From positions 1,952,001 through 2,016,000 of the forward strand of contig CAVTRC010000001.1 of NCBI GenBank assembly GCA_963737065.1: a stretch of DNA of 64,000 bases, read 5' to 3'. Below, piece by piece: positions 1-9,250 of this stretch (within the stretch, counting starts at the first letter, position 1; the number at the start of each line of letters is the position of its first letter). Origin of the DNA: Candidatus Eremiobacteria bacterium (lineage in GTDB: Bacteria; Vulcanimicrobiota; Vulcanimicrobiia; Vulcanimicrobiales; Vulcanimicrobiaceae). The notes beneath the pieces were generated by a model, which worked only from the letters and a program-made list of their open reading frames with translations, ran no database searches and had not been told where the DNA came from. The position numbers were made by a program, and so were the translations under genes.

Positions 1-191
1 AGGCGGCCGAAAAGGCGAAAAGCGAGTTGCGCAGCGTCTTGATGACGCATCTCTCGTTGCTGGAAAACTCGCATGCGCCGCCGCATGCCGCGCAGGAAAC
101 AACTTCGCCGCCGGCTGCGGCGCCCGCGCCGCATCGTAAGCCCGAGCCGATCGAACCGACTCCGGATAAGACGCGTATCACGGTTACCTGA
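1..191 (+). CDS. 3' end of a protein with a coiled-coil segment and Pro-rich tail, possibly DivIVA-family (partial)
   Basis: Frame 3 is open from the window edge: AAEKAKSELRSVLMTHLSLLENSHAPP...TRITVT*, with TGA at 189-191, 5 nt before leuB. The resemblance to a DivIVA C-terminus is from memory. Confidence 0.45.
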   Translation, partial: AAEKAKSELRSVLMTHLSLLENSHAPPHAAQETTSPPAAAPAPHRKPEPIEPTPDKTRITVT

Positions 192-196
192 CCTTC

Positions 197-1291
197 GTGT
201 CGCAAACGATTGCCGTTCTTCCCGGCGACGGCGTCGGGCCTGAGGTCACGCACGCCGCCGTACGCGTTTTGCGGCATGTCCGCAGCGACGTACACTGCGT
301 GGAACGTCTCGTCGGCGGTGCCGCGCTCGAACGCGGATTGCCCCCATTGCCCGACGAGGCGCGCGCGCTCGTCGATTCGAGCGCCGCAATTCTGTTCGGC
401 AGCGTCGGCTTGCCTCAGTACGACGGAAAACCGCTTCCCGAACGGCCGGAGTACGCGCTCTTCGTGCTGCGCCGTGATTACGAACTGTACGCGAACATTC
501 GCCCGGTCCGCGTCTTTCCCGGGCTCGAAGACGCGTCGTCGCTCAAACCGGAGCTCGTGCGCGGTTTGGACCTGATCGTCGTGCGCGAACTTACCGGCGG
601 CATCTATTTCGGTACACCGAAAGAACAGCGGGTAGAGGACGGCGTCGAGATCGCGGTCGACACGATGATCTATCGAGCGCCCGAAATCGAACGGATCGCG
701 CGCACGGCGTTTGAACTTGCGCGCGGGCGCCGCAAACGCGTCACGTCGGTCGATAAGCAAAACATTCTAGAGACATCGCGGTTGTGGCGGCGCGTCGTGA
801 ATAGCCTCGCAAACGAGTATCCCGACGTACAGCTCGATCATCTGCTCGTCGACAACGCCGCGATGCAGCTGGTGCGCCGCCCCGGCGATTTCGACGTGCT
901 CGTGACGGAGAATATGTTCGGCGACATTCTCTCCGATGAGGCGGCGATTCTGACCGGATCGATCGGCACGTTGCCGAGCGCGAGCTTAGGAACGCGCCCT
1001 TCGACGGGGCCGAGGACAGGCTCAACGCCGGGGCGGCAGTTCGGACTCTACGAACCGATCGCCGGCACGGCGCCCGATATCGCGGGTAAAGGCATCGCAA
1101 ATCCGACGGCTGCCATTCTTTCGGCGGCGATGTTGCTTCGTTACAGTTTCGACGACGAGGAGAACGCGCGCCGCATCGAACGGGCGGTCGAGGAGACGTA
1201 TGCCGGCGGTGCACGCACGGCAGAAATTGCCGGTGGCACGACACCGCTTGGTACGGACGCGTTCACGGATCGCGTCATGGACAAGTTATAG
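197..1291 (+). CDS. leuB: 3-isopropylmalate dehydrogenase
   Basis: IAVLPGDGVGPEV, VRELTGGIYFG, NMFGDILSDEAA and GLYEP..GTAPDIAGKGIANP motifs. Confidence 0.95.
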   Translation: MSQTIAVLPGDGVGPEVTHAAVRVLRHVRSDVHCVERLVGGAALERGLPPLPDEARALVDSSAAILFGSVGLPQYDGKPLPERPEYALFVLRRDYELYANIRPVRVFPGLEDASSLKPELVRGLDLIVVRELTGGIYFGTPKEQRVEDGVEIAVDTMIYRAPEIERIARTAFELARGRRKRVTSVDKQNILETSRLWRRVVNSLANEYPDVQLDHLLVDNAAMQLVRRPGDFDVLVTENMFGDILSDEAAILTGSIGTLPSASLGTRPSTGPRTGSTPGRQFGLYEPIAGTAPDIAGKGIANPTAAILSAAMLLRYSFDDEENARRIERAVEETYAGGARTAEIAGGTTPLGTDAFTDRVMDKL

Positions 1292-1297
1292 CGCCCG

Positions 1298-2908
1298 CTA
1301 CGGTGCGTAACGCCATGCCGCGACGGAATTGAACGGGGAGAGCAGCGGAGGCGCAAAGCCGCGCAAGTTGTTCGGTATCACGTCCACTTCGCTGATCTGA
1401 CAGAGAAATGCGTACGGAAGAGCGTCGACGAGGCGGCGCTGAATTTCGCGATACGCGGCGGTACGGGTCGACCGGTCGTACGATGATGCTCCGCGCGCGA
1501 GCAGCGTATCGACCTGCGGGTCGCAGAACCGTGTGTCGTTGAACCCGTTCGGCCCGCGCTGATTGCATGCCAATAGCCAAGAAACGTCGGGATCGTACGT
1601 CGCCTGATAGTCGTAAAGCGTTATTTGGTATCGCCCTTGCATCATCGGCCCTTGAATCGAGAGGAACTGCGTTCGATCGTACTGATGCAGCGAGACGTCG
1701 ATGCCGATCGCGTGCTCGGCTGCGGCGATCGCCGTGGCGAACCGCGTCGTGATTCCTTCGCCGGCCGCAAACGCGATTTCGAGATGGAGCGGATGGCCTT
1801 GCTTCATGCGTATTCCGCCCGGCCCCGCAATCCATCCGTCTCTCGTTAGCAACGCCGCCGCTTGTGCCGGATCGAACGGCGGCAACTTCACGTTGCGATC
1901 GAAAGCCCACGTGAACAGTCCGCGCATCGCGGTATCCGGATCGTAAACGCCATGTGTGATCTTTTCGGTGAGGCCGCGACGGTCGATCGCGAGCGTGAAC
2001 GCTCGCCGGACGGTGAGGTCACGCAAGATCGGATCGGTCAAGTTGAATCCGAGTGCGTAGAAGTATGGCACGGGCGTTAGCACGACGCGGTGCCGCGGAA
2101 TTGCGCGAAGCTGATCGATGCGCGACGCATCGAGCATGAACGCGGCATCGATTTCTCCGGATTGCAACTGGTCGATCGTCGTCGAGTCGTTTGCGATCAC
2201 CGGAAGCACGAGACGGCCGATGTGCGGCGGACCGGAATAATACGCCTCGTTCGCGGTGAAGGTGAGACGATCGCCGCGATCCCAGCGATTGAGCCGGTAC
2301 GGCCCCGAGCCGACCGGTGATGCGTTGAAGGGAGCGTTGTTGAGACTCGGTTTTGACGCAAGCAGATGCGCGGGGAGAATCGGATAGTTGCTGTCGCCTC
2401 CGAAGAAGAGCGCGACGATCGGTGAATACGGCCGCTTGAGCGTAATAACGACCGTATACGGACCGCGAGCGGCAATCGAAGCGATTTCCTCGTATCCGAT
2501 TCGTTCGGGCACGTTATTCGCCGGGCTCATGATCGCGTGGTACGTGAAGAGGACGTCGGCGGCGGTGAGCGGTGTCCCATCTTGCCAGCGAACGCCACGG
2601 CGCAGATGGAACGTCAAACGCTTTCCGTCCGCGGAAACGTCGCCGTTTTGCGGCGTCGGAACCTCTCGCGCGAGATCGGGCACGGTACGGCCGGTCGAAT
2701 CGTAGTTCGTGAGATACGAATAGAGAAGTTCGCTAAACGTATACGCGCTGATGCCTTCCAACAACAACGGATCGAGCGAGATCGGCTCCTTCTGAATCGC
2801 GACCGTTATCGTGTTGCTGCCGCTTTGCGTGCCATGCGTAACATGCGTGCATCCAGCAAGCGCCCAGAGTGCGGCGCACGCGGCTACAATCGAGAGACAT
2901 CGTTGCAT
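1298..2908 (-). CDS. Peptide ABC transporter substrate-binding lipoprotein (family 5, OppA/DppA-like)
   Basis: Lipobox LAGC; LTFHLRRGVRWQDGTPLTAADVLFT and PVGSGPY signatures. Confidence 0.9.
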   Translation of the reverse strand: MQRCLSIVAACAALWALAGCTHVTHGTQSGSNTITVAIQKEPISLDPLLLEGISAYTFSELLYSYLTNYDSTGRTVPDLAREVPTPQNGDVSADGKRLTFHLRRGVRWQDGTPLTAADVLFTYHAIMSPANNVPERIGYEEIASIAARGPYTVVITLKRPYSPIVALFFGGDSNYPILPAHLLASKPSLNNAPFNASPVGSGPYRLNRWDRGDRLTFTANEAYYSGPPHIGRLVLPVIANDSTTIDQLQSGEIDAAFMLDASRIDQLRAIPRHRVVLTPVPYFYALGFNLTDPILRDLTVRRAFTLAIDRRGLTEKITHGVYDPDTAMRGLFTWAFDRNVKLPPFDPAQAAALLTRDGWIAGPGGIRMKQGHPLHLEIAFAAGEGITTRFATAIAAAEHAIGIDVSLHQYDRTQFLSIQGPMMQGRYQITLYDYQATYDPDVSWLLACNQRGPNGFNDTRFCDPQVDTLLARGASSYDRSTRTAAYREIQRRLVDALPYAFLCQISEVDVIPNNLRGFAPPLLSPFNSVAAWRYAP

Positions 2909-2993
2909 GTGCGCCGTTTACGGCCGCGCGGCGTGCGGCCCTCCCGCGTGAAGCGAAATTTTGGCGCGCGTGCCAATTTATTGCAGTAGCCGG

Positions 2994-2999
2994 TATACT
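2994..2999 (+). promoter_or_regulatory. -10 hexamer (TATACT) 6 nt before an in-frame GTG at 3006; candidate leaderless promoter
   Basis: ggTATACTgtggacGTG; GTG 3006 is in frame with the hydrolase ORF. Confidence 0.45.
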
Positions 3000-3005
3000 G
3001 TGGAC

Positions 3006-3986
3006 GTGAATCCGAACGATGTGATGAAACACGCTTCCCGGGCGCTCACGACCGGTTTCGCGATCGCCTTGATGGCGATGTCTACGGCGCCGGCGCCCGA
3101 AATGAAGCCCTATCTTCACGCACAACGGCTTGTGGACATCGGCTCGCGCCGCCTGAACATCTACTGCACCGGGAGCGGATCGCCGGCGGTCGTGTTGGAC
3201 GCGGGTGCGGGCGACGCGACCGACGTTTGGTATAAGGTTCAGCCGGCGATCGCAAGGCGTACTCGCGTGTGCTCGTACGATCGTGCCGGAATGGGTTTCA
3301 GCGACGGTACGATGTCGACGCGCGACGCGTGGTCGGTAGTAAGCGACCTTCACACGCTCTTGCACCGCGCCGGTATCGCTCCGCCCTACGTTCTGGTCGC
3401 GCACTCGATCGCAGGATTGTACGCGCCGCTCTATGCCGATCGTTTTCGAAACGAAGTCGCCGGCATGGTGCTGGTCGATCCGACGCCGCCCTACGTCTAT
3501 CGTCGTGAAGCGACCGTTGCGCCCGCCGTAGTGAAACTCGCAAAAGTAGCGCAAGAATTCGCTCGCAAGTGCTACGACGCCGCTGCTTCCGGCGTTCTGA
3601 AGCCGGGCAACAAAGCGTATCGGGAGTGCGTCGGTACCTCGGCGCGGCCGCGCAGTCCGGCGTACTGGTACGACTTCGTGTCGGAAGCGAATTCGGTGGA
3701 GGGCAGCGATTCCGCGCAAGCGCGGCAATTCCAACGGAACTACGGCGCGCTGCCGCTCATTGTGTTGACGGCGGCCGACGGGTTCAAGCTCGCCGGAATT
3801 CCGCACGCGCAACAAATTTCGGCATGGAAAATGTGGAAGGCAATGCACGACGATATTGCCGCACGTTCATCGGTCGGCGTGAACGTGGTCGTTGCGAATT
3901 CCGGCCACTACATTCAGCTGGACCGACCCGCAGCCGTACTAACCGCTGTGTATGAGGTGATCGATCGGACTCGTGCCCGGCGCTAA
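3006..3986 (+). CDS. Secreted alpha/beta-fold hydrolase
   Basis: YDRAGMGFS, nucleophile elbow AHSIAG, GMVLVD, SGHYIQLDRP; signal-like N-terminus; start uncertain (3006/3024). Confidence 0.85.
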   Translation: MNPNDVMKHASRALTTGFAIALMAMSTAPAPEMKPYLHAQRLVDIGSRRLNIYCTGSGSPAVVLDAGAGDATDVWYKVQPAIARRTRVCSYDRAGMGFSDGTMSTRDAWSVVSDLHTLLHRAGIAPPYVLVAHSIAGLYAPLYADRFRNEVAGMVLVDPTPPYVYRREATVAPAVVKLAKVAQEFARKCYDAAASGVLKPGNKAYRECVGTSARPRSPAYWYDFVSEANSVEGSDSAQARQFQRNYGALPLIVLTAADGFKLAGIPHAQQISAWKMWKAMHDDIAARSSVGVNVVVANSGHYIQLDRPAAVLTAVYEVIDRTRARR

Positions 3987-4088
3987 TATTTTGCTCCCGA
4001 AAACAATTTTTTGAAGGACCGCGCAGCAAAGCGAATAAGAGAGCGTCGATTAACGTGCGACCTCTGTCGAAGTGGAGGCTTTGGCATT

Positions 4089-7000
4089 ATGCGGAAACTT
4101 AGCGGACGAGCGGTCCTCCTGGTTGCGGCAGTGATGTATGCATTGCTAAACGGCGGACCGATCGTGGCCTTAGCTGCGCCGAATACGAGCAGCGTCGTAG
4201 GAACGGTTCACGGTTCGGACGGTGCCCCGATCGCCGGAGCGCGTGTCGCCCTCATCGGAGCGCAGCGCCTGACGCAAAGCACGGATCCGACCGGAGCGTT
4301 CAAGTTTGCGGACGTACCAACCGGCCTCTATACGATGCTCGTCACCAAGGCAGGCTACGAGACGTATCGGGACGACAACGTCGCCGCGTTCATCGGTGAG
4401 ACGGTGACGCTCAATGTGACGCTTGCCGCATCCTCGTTTTCGTCGCTGCGCACGATCGCGAGCGTGTCGACGAATGCACCGGGCGTCGCATCGATCAACA
4501 CGTCGAGCGCGTCGATCAACGCGATATCGGCGGCAACCTTCGAGAATCAGGGAAGTCAGCAGGTCACGAAGGTGCTCAATGAAACGCCGGGCATCTTCGT
4601 TACGCCGTACAATTCGAATAACGGTAATCCGAGCAACGGCGCTTCGCCGGCCTCGGAGCAGACGCCGCAGATTCGCGGCGCCTTGCCGTACGAGACGGAA
4701 TCGCTCATCGACGGCCATCCCGTCTCCGTCGGTTCGCTCGGAACGTTCTCACCAACCCTCATCAACCCGTTCCTGCTGGACAACGCCGAACTCGTGAAGG
4801 GTCCAGGCTCGATGCCTGCGGAGATCAACTACGCGATAAACGGCACGGTCAATTACCGCACGCTGGAACCAAGCGCCGTGAGCCACTCTTCGGGATACGC
4901 CGGTGTCGATGGTTGGGGAGGCGTTTCGACCGGCTTCAAGACGACCGGCTCCACGAGAAATCATCGAATCGGCTATGCGCTCGGCTACACTACGAACGGT
5001 GCGCCCGGGCCATTACAAGATTTCTACTTCCAAGGCTCGCAGCTGCCGCTCGATATTGGACCGGCCGGCGGCCCGTATTTCCTCAACGGTCAGCAAGTCG
5101 CAATGCTGGCGCCGGTCGGTGAAGGCCTCGCGCCTTCGGCTTTCAACAAGTACGCCGGCTTAGGAATCGTTTTCAACGAACCGCTCGTTGGGTGCTGCTA
5201 TTCCATGGACACCGGCTACCACTCCAACTCCGAGCTCGCGAAGATCATTTACAACTTCTCGAACAGCACGTCGCTGAAGCTCTCGTATCTTGGCGGACAG
5301 TCGATCAACGGGAACGGCGATGTCGGGGCGTATGACACAACCCTCGTTGGGAACACCGGCCTGCCCGCGTTCTCGTTTGCTCCGTGCGGCAGCGCCAACC
5401 AACCGTTGACGTGCAATCCGTTCGCAACCGGCGGCTCCTACAATTGCGCGAGCGCCGGTCGCTCACCAAATTGCGGCGCATCGATTCCGTTCGATCTGAG
5501 TTCATTCAACGGCGTCGGCTACACTTGGCTGCAGCAAAATCTCTTCCAAGGCGAGTTCCGCACGGCGCTCGGACAGACGGGAACGGTGCTCGCGCGTTAC
5601 TATACCGGCGCATTGAACAACTACGCGGTTGCGGGGCCATCGGCGCCGCTCAACGTAACGCTGCGAAACACGTATGGTACGATTCCGCTCTGCCCGACCG
5701 GGACTGCGTATGACCCGAACGCCCCGCCCGCCGCCGGCGGCAAGGATCCCGCGGGATGGCAGTGTCTCGGTCCGGGTCTCGGGGTAACGCCACCGACGAA
5801 CACGACGTTCAACGGCCAAAGCGCCACGTTCACCACCGCAAGCCAAGCAAACACGTTTAATACGCGCGACAAAATGAGCGGTGAGACGCTCGAGCTTCAA
5901 GAGCAACTCGGCGACAATTCGTTAACGCTTTCTTACGATCGCAACGAGCAGTTATCGTCTGAAACAGCGGATGAGCCGTCCGTAGGCATCATCGTTTTCA
6001 GTCCGGTTGCCGGATCGAAACAGACATTCCAAACCCTTTCGCTGCGCGGCAACTTCATGCTGAAACCGAAGCTCAATTTGGCCGTCGCGGACTACTTCAT
6101 CAATTATCTCAGCCACTATTCGATCGATGGCGGAAACACGTTTAACGATTCGTCGCACTCGTACTACGAACCGCGCGCCGCACTGACGTGGCATCCGAAC
6201 GGCGATACCGTCTACCGGTTCTCGGCGGGTGGCTCCGTTGCTCCGCCGTATATATCGCTCGTTTCCTCGGGTGGTCCCACGTGGAGCGCGATCATCGGCG
6301 GTGTGCCGGCGGCCGGATACATACAAAATGCAAATAACGGAAACATCAATGCGGAAACGGCGTTTAGCTACGACCTCGGCTTCGATCATCGCATCGCGCG
6401 CTCGACGTCCGTCGCGCTTGATGTGTACTTTACGCAATTGCACAATTTGTTTCTGACGCAGACGACGACCGTGCCGTTCGGAACCCCGCCAGCGGCAGGC
6501 TGTCCAAATGCGCCGTGCGAGATTTCGGAAACTGCGAACCTCGGCCAGGCGCGCTACGAAGGCATTGAGCTCGCGGTGAATCACGTCGTACCGCGTGGCT
6601 TCGGCTGGAGACTACAGGGCTCGCTGCAGCGTGCGTTCACGTATAATCTCCCGCCGTATTTCTACTGCTCCGGCTCGACAAACCCGGCCACCGGCGTCAC
6701 GACGCCTCCGGGACCCGGATGCGTGCACAATACAAACCTGGCGGTGCTGCCCGAGTCAAACTTCGGCGGTCAGCCCACGGGGTTGTCCGGCGCTCCGAAC
6801 GGTATCACCAGCGGGCGTGTTCCGTACGCGACCGGTTATGGTGAACTCAACTTTACCGGGGGCGGCGGTCAGTATTACAATCTCGGCCTCACCTACTTCG
6901 GCAATAACAACAGCTACAACGAACCGCCGTTCGCGGTGCTTTCAGCGAATGTGCGGCTAAAGCTAAACGACCGCGGCACGAGGTTCCAGGTCTCCGCCGA

Positions 7001-7187
7001 CAATCTTACCGGCGCATACGCAAATCCGTACGTCGGCTTCTTCAACGGCATCCCGCTGCCGCTCGTGAACGGCGCAACGCAGACGAGTCTTACGACCGGG
7101 CAGCCCGTGCCCGTCGGTCTCGCCCTGACGGCGGCCGGCAATTACGGTCCCTGTACGGTCCGTTTCCTCTTCACGCAAGACTTCTGA
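4089..7187 (+). CDS. TonB-dependent receptor with N-terminal carboxypeptidase-regulatory-like domain
   Basis: Signal peptide; GTVHGSDGAPIAGARV domain; plug motifs (QIRG, LIDGHP, ELVKGP, GTVNYRT); C-terminal Phe (FLFTQDF); GGAGG SD before ATG 4089. Confidence 0.9.
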   Translation: MRKLSGRAVLLVAAVMYALLNGGPIVALAAPNTSSVVGTVHGSDGAPIAGARVALIGAQRLTQSTDPTGAFKFADVPTGLYTMLVTKAGYETYRDDNVAAFIGETVTLNVTLAASSFSSLRTIASVSTNAPGVASINTSSASINAISAATFENQGSQQVTKVLNETPGIFVTPYNSNNGNPSNGASPASEQTPQIRGALPYETESLIDGHPVSVGSLGTFSPTLINPFLLDNAELVKGPGSMPAEINYAINGTVNYRTLEPSAVSHSSGYAGVDGWGGVSTGFKTTGSTRNHRIGYALGYTTNGAPGPLQDFYFQGSQLPLDIGPAGGPYFLNGQQVAMLAPVGEGLAPSAFNKYAGLGIVFNEPLVGCCYSMDTGYHSNSELAKIIYNFSNSTSLKLSYLGGQSINGNGDVGAYDTTLVGNTGLPAFSFAPCGSANQPLTCNPFATGGSYNCASAGRSPNCGASIPFDLSSFNGVGYTWLQQNLFQGEFRTALGQTGTVLARYYTGALNNYAVAGPSAPLNVTLRNTYGTIPLCPTGTAYDPNAPPAAGGKDPAGWQCLGPGLGVTPPTNTTFNGQSATFTTASQANTFNTRDKMSGETLELQEQLGDNSLTLSYDRNEQLSSETADEPSVGIIVFSPVAGSKQTFQTLSLRGNFMLKPKLNLAVADYFINYLSHYSIDGGNTFNDSSHSYYEPRAALTWHPNGDTVYRFSAGGSVAPPYISLVSSGGPTWSAIIGGVPAAGYIQNANNGNINAETAFSYDLGFDHRIARSTSVALDVYFTQLHNLFLTQTTTVPFGTPPAAGCPNAPCEISETANLGQARYEGIELAVNHVVPRGFGWRLQGSLQRAFTYNLPPYFYCSGSTNPATGVTTPPGPGCVHNTNLAVLPESNFGGQPTGLSGAPNGITSGRVPYATGYGELNFTGGGGQYYNLGLTYFGNNNSYNEPPFAVLSANVRLKLNDRGTRFQVSADNLTGAYANPYVGFFNGIPLPLVNGATQTSLTTGQPVPVGLALTAAGNYGPCTVRFLFTQDF

Positions 7188-7203
7188 TATGGGGTGATCG
7201 TTT

Positions 7204-7231
7204 GCATCCGCGCTGTTTGCAGCGCGGATGC
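7204..7231 (+). terminator. Perfect 12-bp hairpin after the TBDR (terminator or mRNA stabiliser)
   Basis: GCATCCGCGCTG-TTTG-CAGCGCGGATGC; no U-tract on the + strand. Confidence 0.55.
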
Positions 7232-7305
7232 GTCACCACGCCAGCGTTGACTCGTGAAGCGACAAAATTTTAGCCGATGGAACGATTTTTTGGGAGGAAC
7301 GGTTT

Positions 7306-9240
7306 TTGATGCGGAAGTGGTTTGGCGCCACGTTGCCGGTGATCGTGAGCATTCTTGCAAGCCCCGTTACGGCCGCTCCGGCACAACCGCAGCAGTCACA
7401 TCAACTTGTTGCGAGCGATCTGACGCCGTTTCTCGACGGACTCGTTCCGTACGCGATACGCCGCGCGGACATTGCGGGCGCTGTCGTGACCGTCGTCAAG
7501 GACGGAAAGATTATCTTCGCAAAGGGCTACGGTTTCTCCGATCTCGCGACGCGTACGCCCGTCGATCCCGCAAATACGCTGTTCCGTCCCGGGTCGACAT
7601 CGAAGCTTTTCACATGGACGGCGGTCATGCAGCAGGTGCAGGCCGGTAAACTGAACCTCGATGCGGACGTCAATCAGTATCTCGATTTCAAGATTCCGGA
7701 TAAGTTCGGAAAGCCGATCACGCTGCGCAACTTGATGACCCACTCGGCGGGATTCGAGGAAGTCATCCAAGACTTGATCGTCGACAAGCCGACTCAGATG
7801 ATGCCGCTCGGTGAATACCTCAAGAGACACATTCCCGATCGCATCTTTCCGCCGGGTCAAGTCATTGCATACTCGAATTACGGCGCGGCACTCGCGGGAT
7901 ACATCGTTCAGCGCGTCTCGGGCGAACCGTACGATGAATACATCCAAAAACATATCTTCGACGCGCTGCGGATGACGCACTCGACGGTCCAGCAACCGTT
8001 ACCCGCCGCTCTCGCTCCGCTGATGGCGAAGGGCTACACGAACGCCGGCGCGGACGAGGCCCATCCGTTTGAATACGTCGTGCCGGCGCCGGCAGGCGCA
8101 GGAACATCGTCGGGAATCGACATGGCGTACTTCATGCTCGCGTATCTCGGCGGCGGGCATTACAACGGCGGTACGATCCTCGATCCCGCGACGATCCGCG
8201 AAATGTGGACGCTGCAACTCGCTCCCGCGCCGGGCATGAACGGTTTCGATCTCGGGTTCTATCAAGAAAATCGTAACGGCCAAGAGATCGTCGGCCATGC
8301 GGGCGATACCAACGTGTTTCATACGGACCTGCATTTGCTTCCGGCGCAACATGTCGGCTTCTTTATGTCGCTCAACAGCGCCGGCAAAGCAGGCGCAGCG
8401 GAAGGCGTGCGCACGCAAATTTTCCGGCACTTCCTCGATCGCTATTACCCGTACGCGGCTGCGCAGCCGCCGACGGTTGCGAATCCGAAACCCGACGCGG
8501 CTCGCGTATCAGGCTGGTACGAATCGAGTCGCCGCACCGAACATGCATTGCGGCTCGTGTATGCGCTCTCGCAAACGAGCGTTAGCGCGCGTCCCGACGG
8601 GACCGTCGAAGTGTCGATGCTTCAAACTCCCGGCGAGGATCCGATTCGCTGGCGCGAAGTCGGACCGCTCTACTACCAGCAAGTCAACGGTCAGGCGCAT
8701 CTAAAGTTCACCGCGGATTCCAACGGAAAGATTCTGTCGTGGACGACGGACGATTTCATTCCTGTCTTCATCTTTCAGCGTGTTGACGGACTCGGAACGA
8801 TGGGCTTGCTGAAAATCCTCATTCCGGCGTTCATCCTCGTGTTACTGATTTCGCTCGGTGTCCGGCTCGGTGCGTGGATTCTGCGCCGCCGTTTGAACTG
8901 GACGCTCAACGTTCCGCGTCGCGAACAATGGCTTCACCTTGCTGCGCGCATTGGCGCGCTGGCCTTCATCGTCGCGCTTCTCGGATGGACGGCGGCGCTC
9001 TCGAGCCAAAACGCGATTTTAGAGCCGGGCTTCCTCACGACCATGGTCGTCCTGTACATTGCCGGTTTGATTGCGATCGTCGGCGGCATTGCGATCGTGA
9101 TTGAAAGCGCGCTGCGGCTCGTGCGCGGGCCCGGCGGGTGGCTCGTGCGCGCGGGCGAGGGAGTCGTCGGCCTCGCGGCGTTGTACGGTATTTGGTTGTT
9201 TCTCGCGTTTGGCTTGGCGAACTTCGTTACGAAGTTTTAG
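7306..9240 (+). CDS. Serine hydrolase (beta-lactamase/PBP family) with C-terminal membrane domain
   Basis: SxxK (STSK), LMTHSAG, YSN, GHAG motifs; about 4 C-terminal hydrophobic helices. Confidence 0.9.
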   Translation: MMRKWFGATLPVIVSILASPVTAAPAQPQQSHQLVASDLTPFLDGLVPYAIRRADIAGAVVTVVKDGKIIFAKGYGFSDLATRTPVDPANTLFRPGSTSKLFTWTAVMQQVQAGKLNLDADVNQYLDFKIPDKFGKPITLRNLMTHSAGFEEVIQDLIVDKPTQMMPLGEYLKRHIPDRIFPPGQVIAYSNYGAALAGYIVQRVSGEPYDEYIQKHIFDALRMTHSTVQQPLPAALAPLMAKGYTNAGADEAHPFEYVVPAPAGAGTSSGIDMAYFMLAYLGGGHYNGGTILDPATIREMWTLQLAPAPGMNGFDLGFYQENRNGQEIVGHAGDTNVFHTDLHLLPAQHVGFFMSLNSAGKAGAAEGVRTQIFRHFLDRYYPYAAAQPPTVANPKPDAARVSGWYESSRRTEHALRLVYALSQTSVSARPDGTVEVSMLQTPGEDPIRWREVGPLYYQQVNGQAHLKFTADSNGKILSWTTDDFIPVFIFQRVDGLGTMGLLKILIPAFILVLLISLGVRLGAWILRRRLNWTLNVPRREQWLHLAARIGALAFIVALLGWTAALSSQNAILEPGFLTTMVVLYIAGLIAIVGGIAIVIESALRLVRGPGGWLVRAGEGVVGLAALYGIWLFLAFGLANFVTKF

Positions 9241-9250
9241 GCGAACGTGC

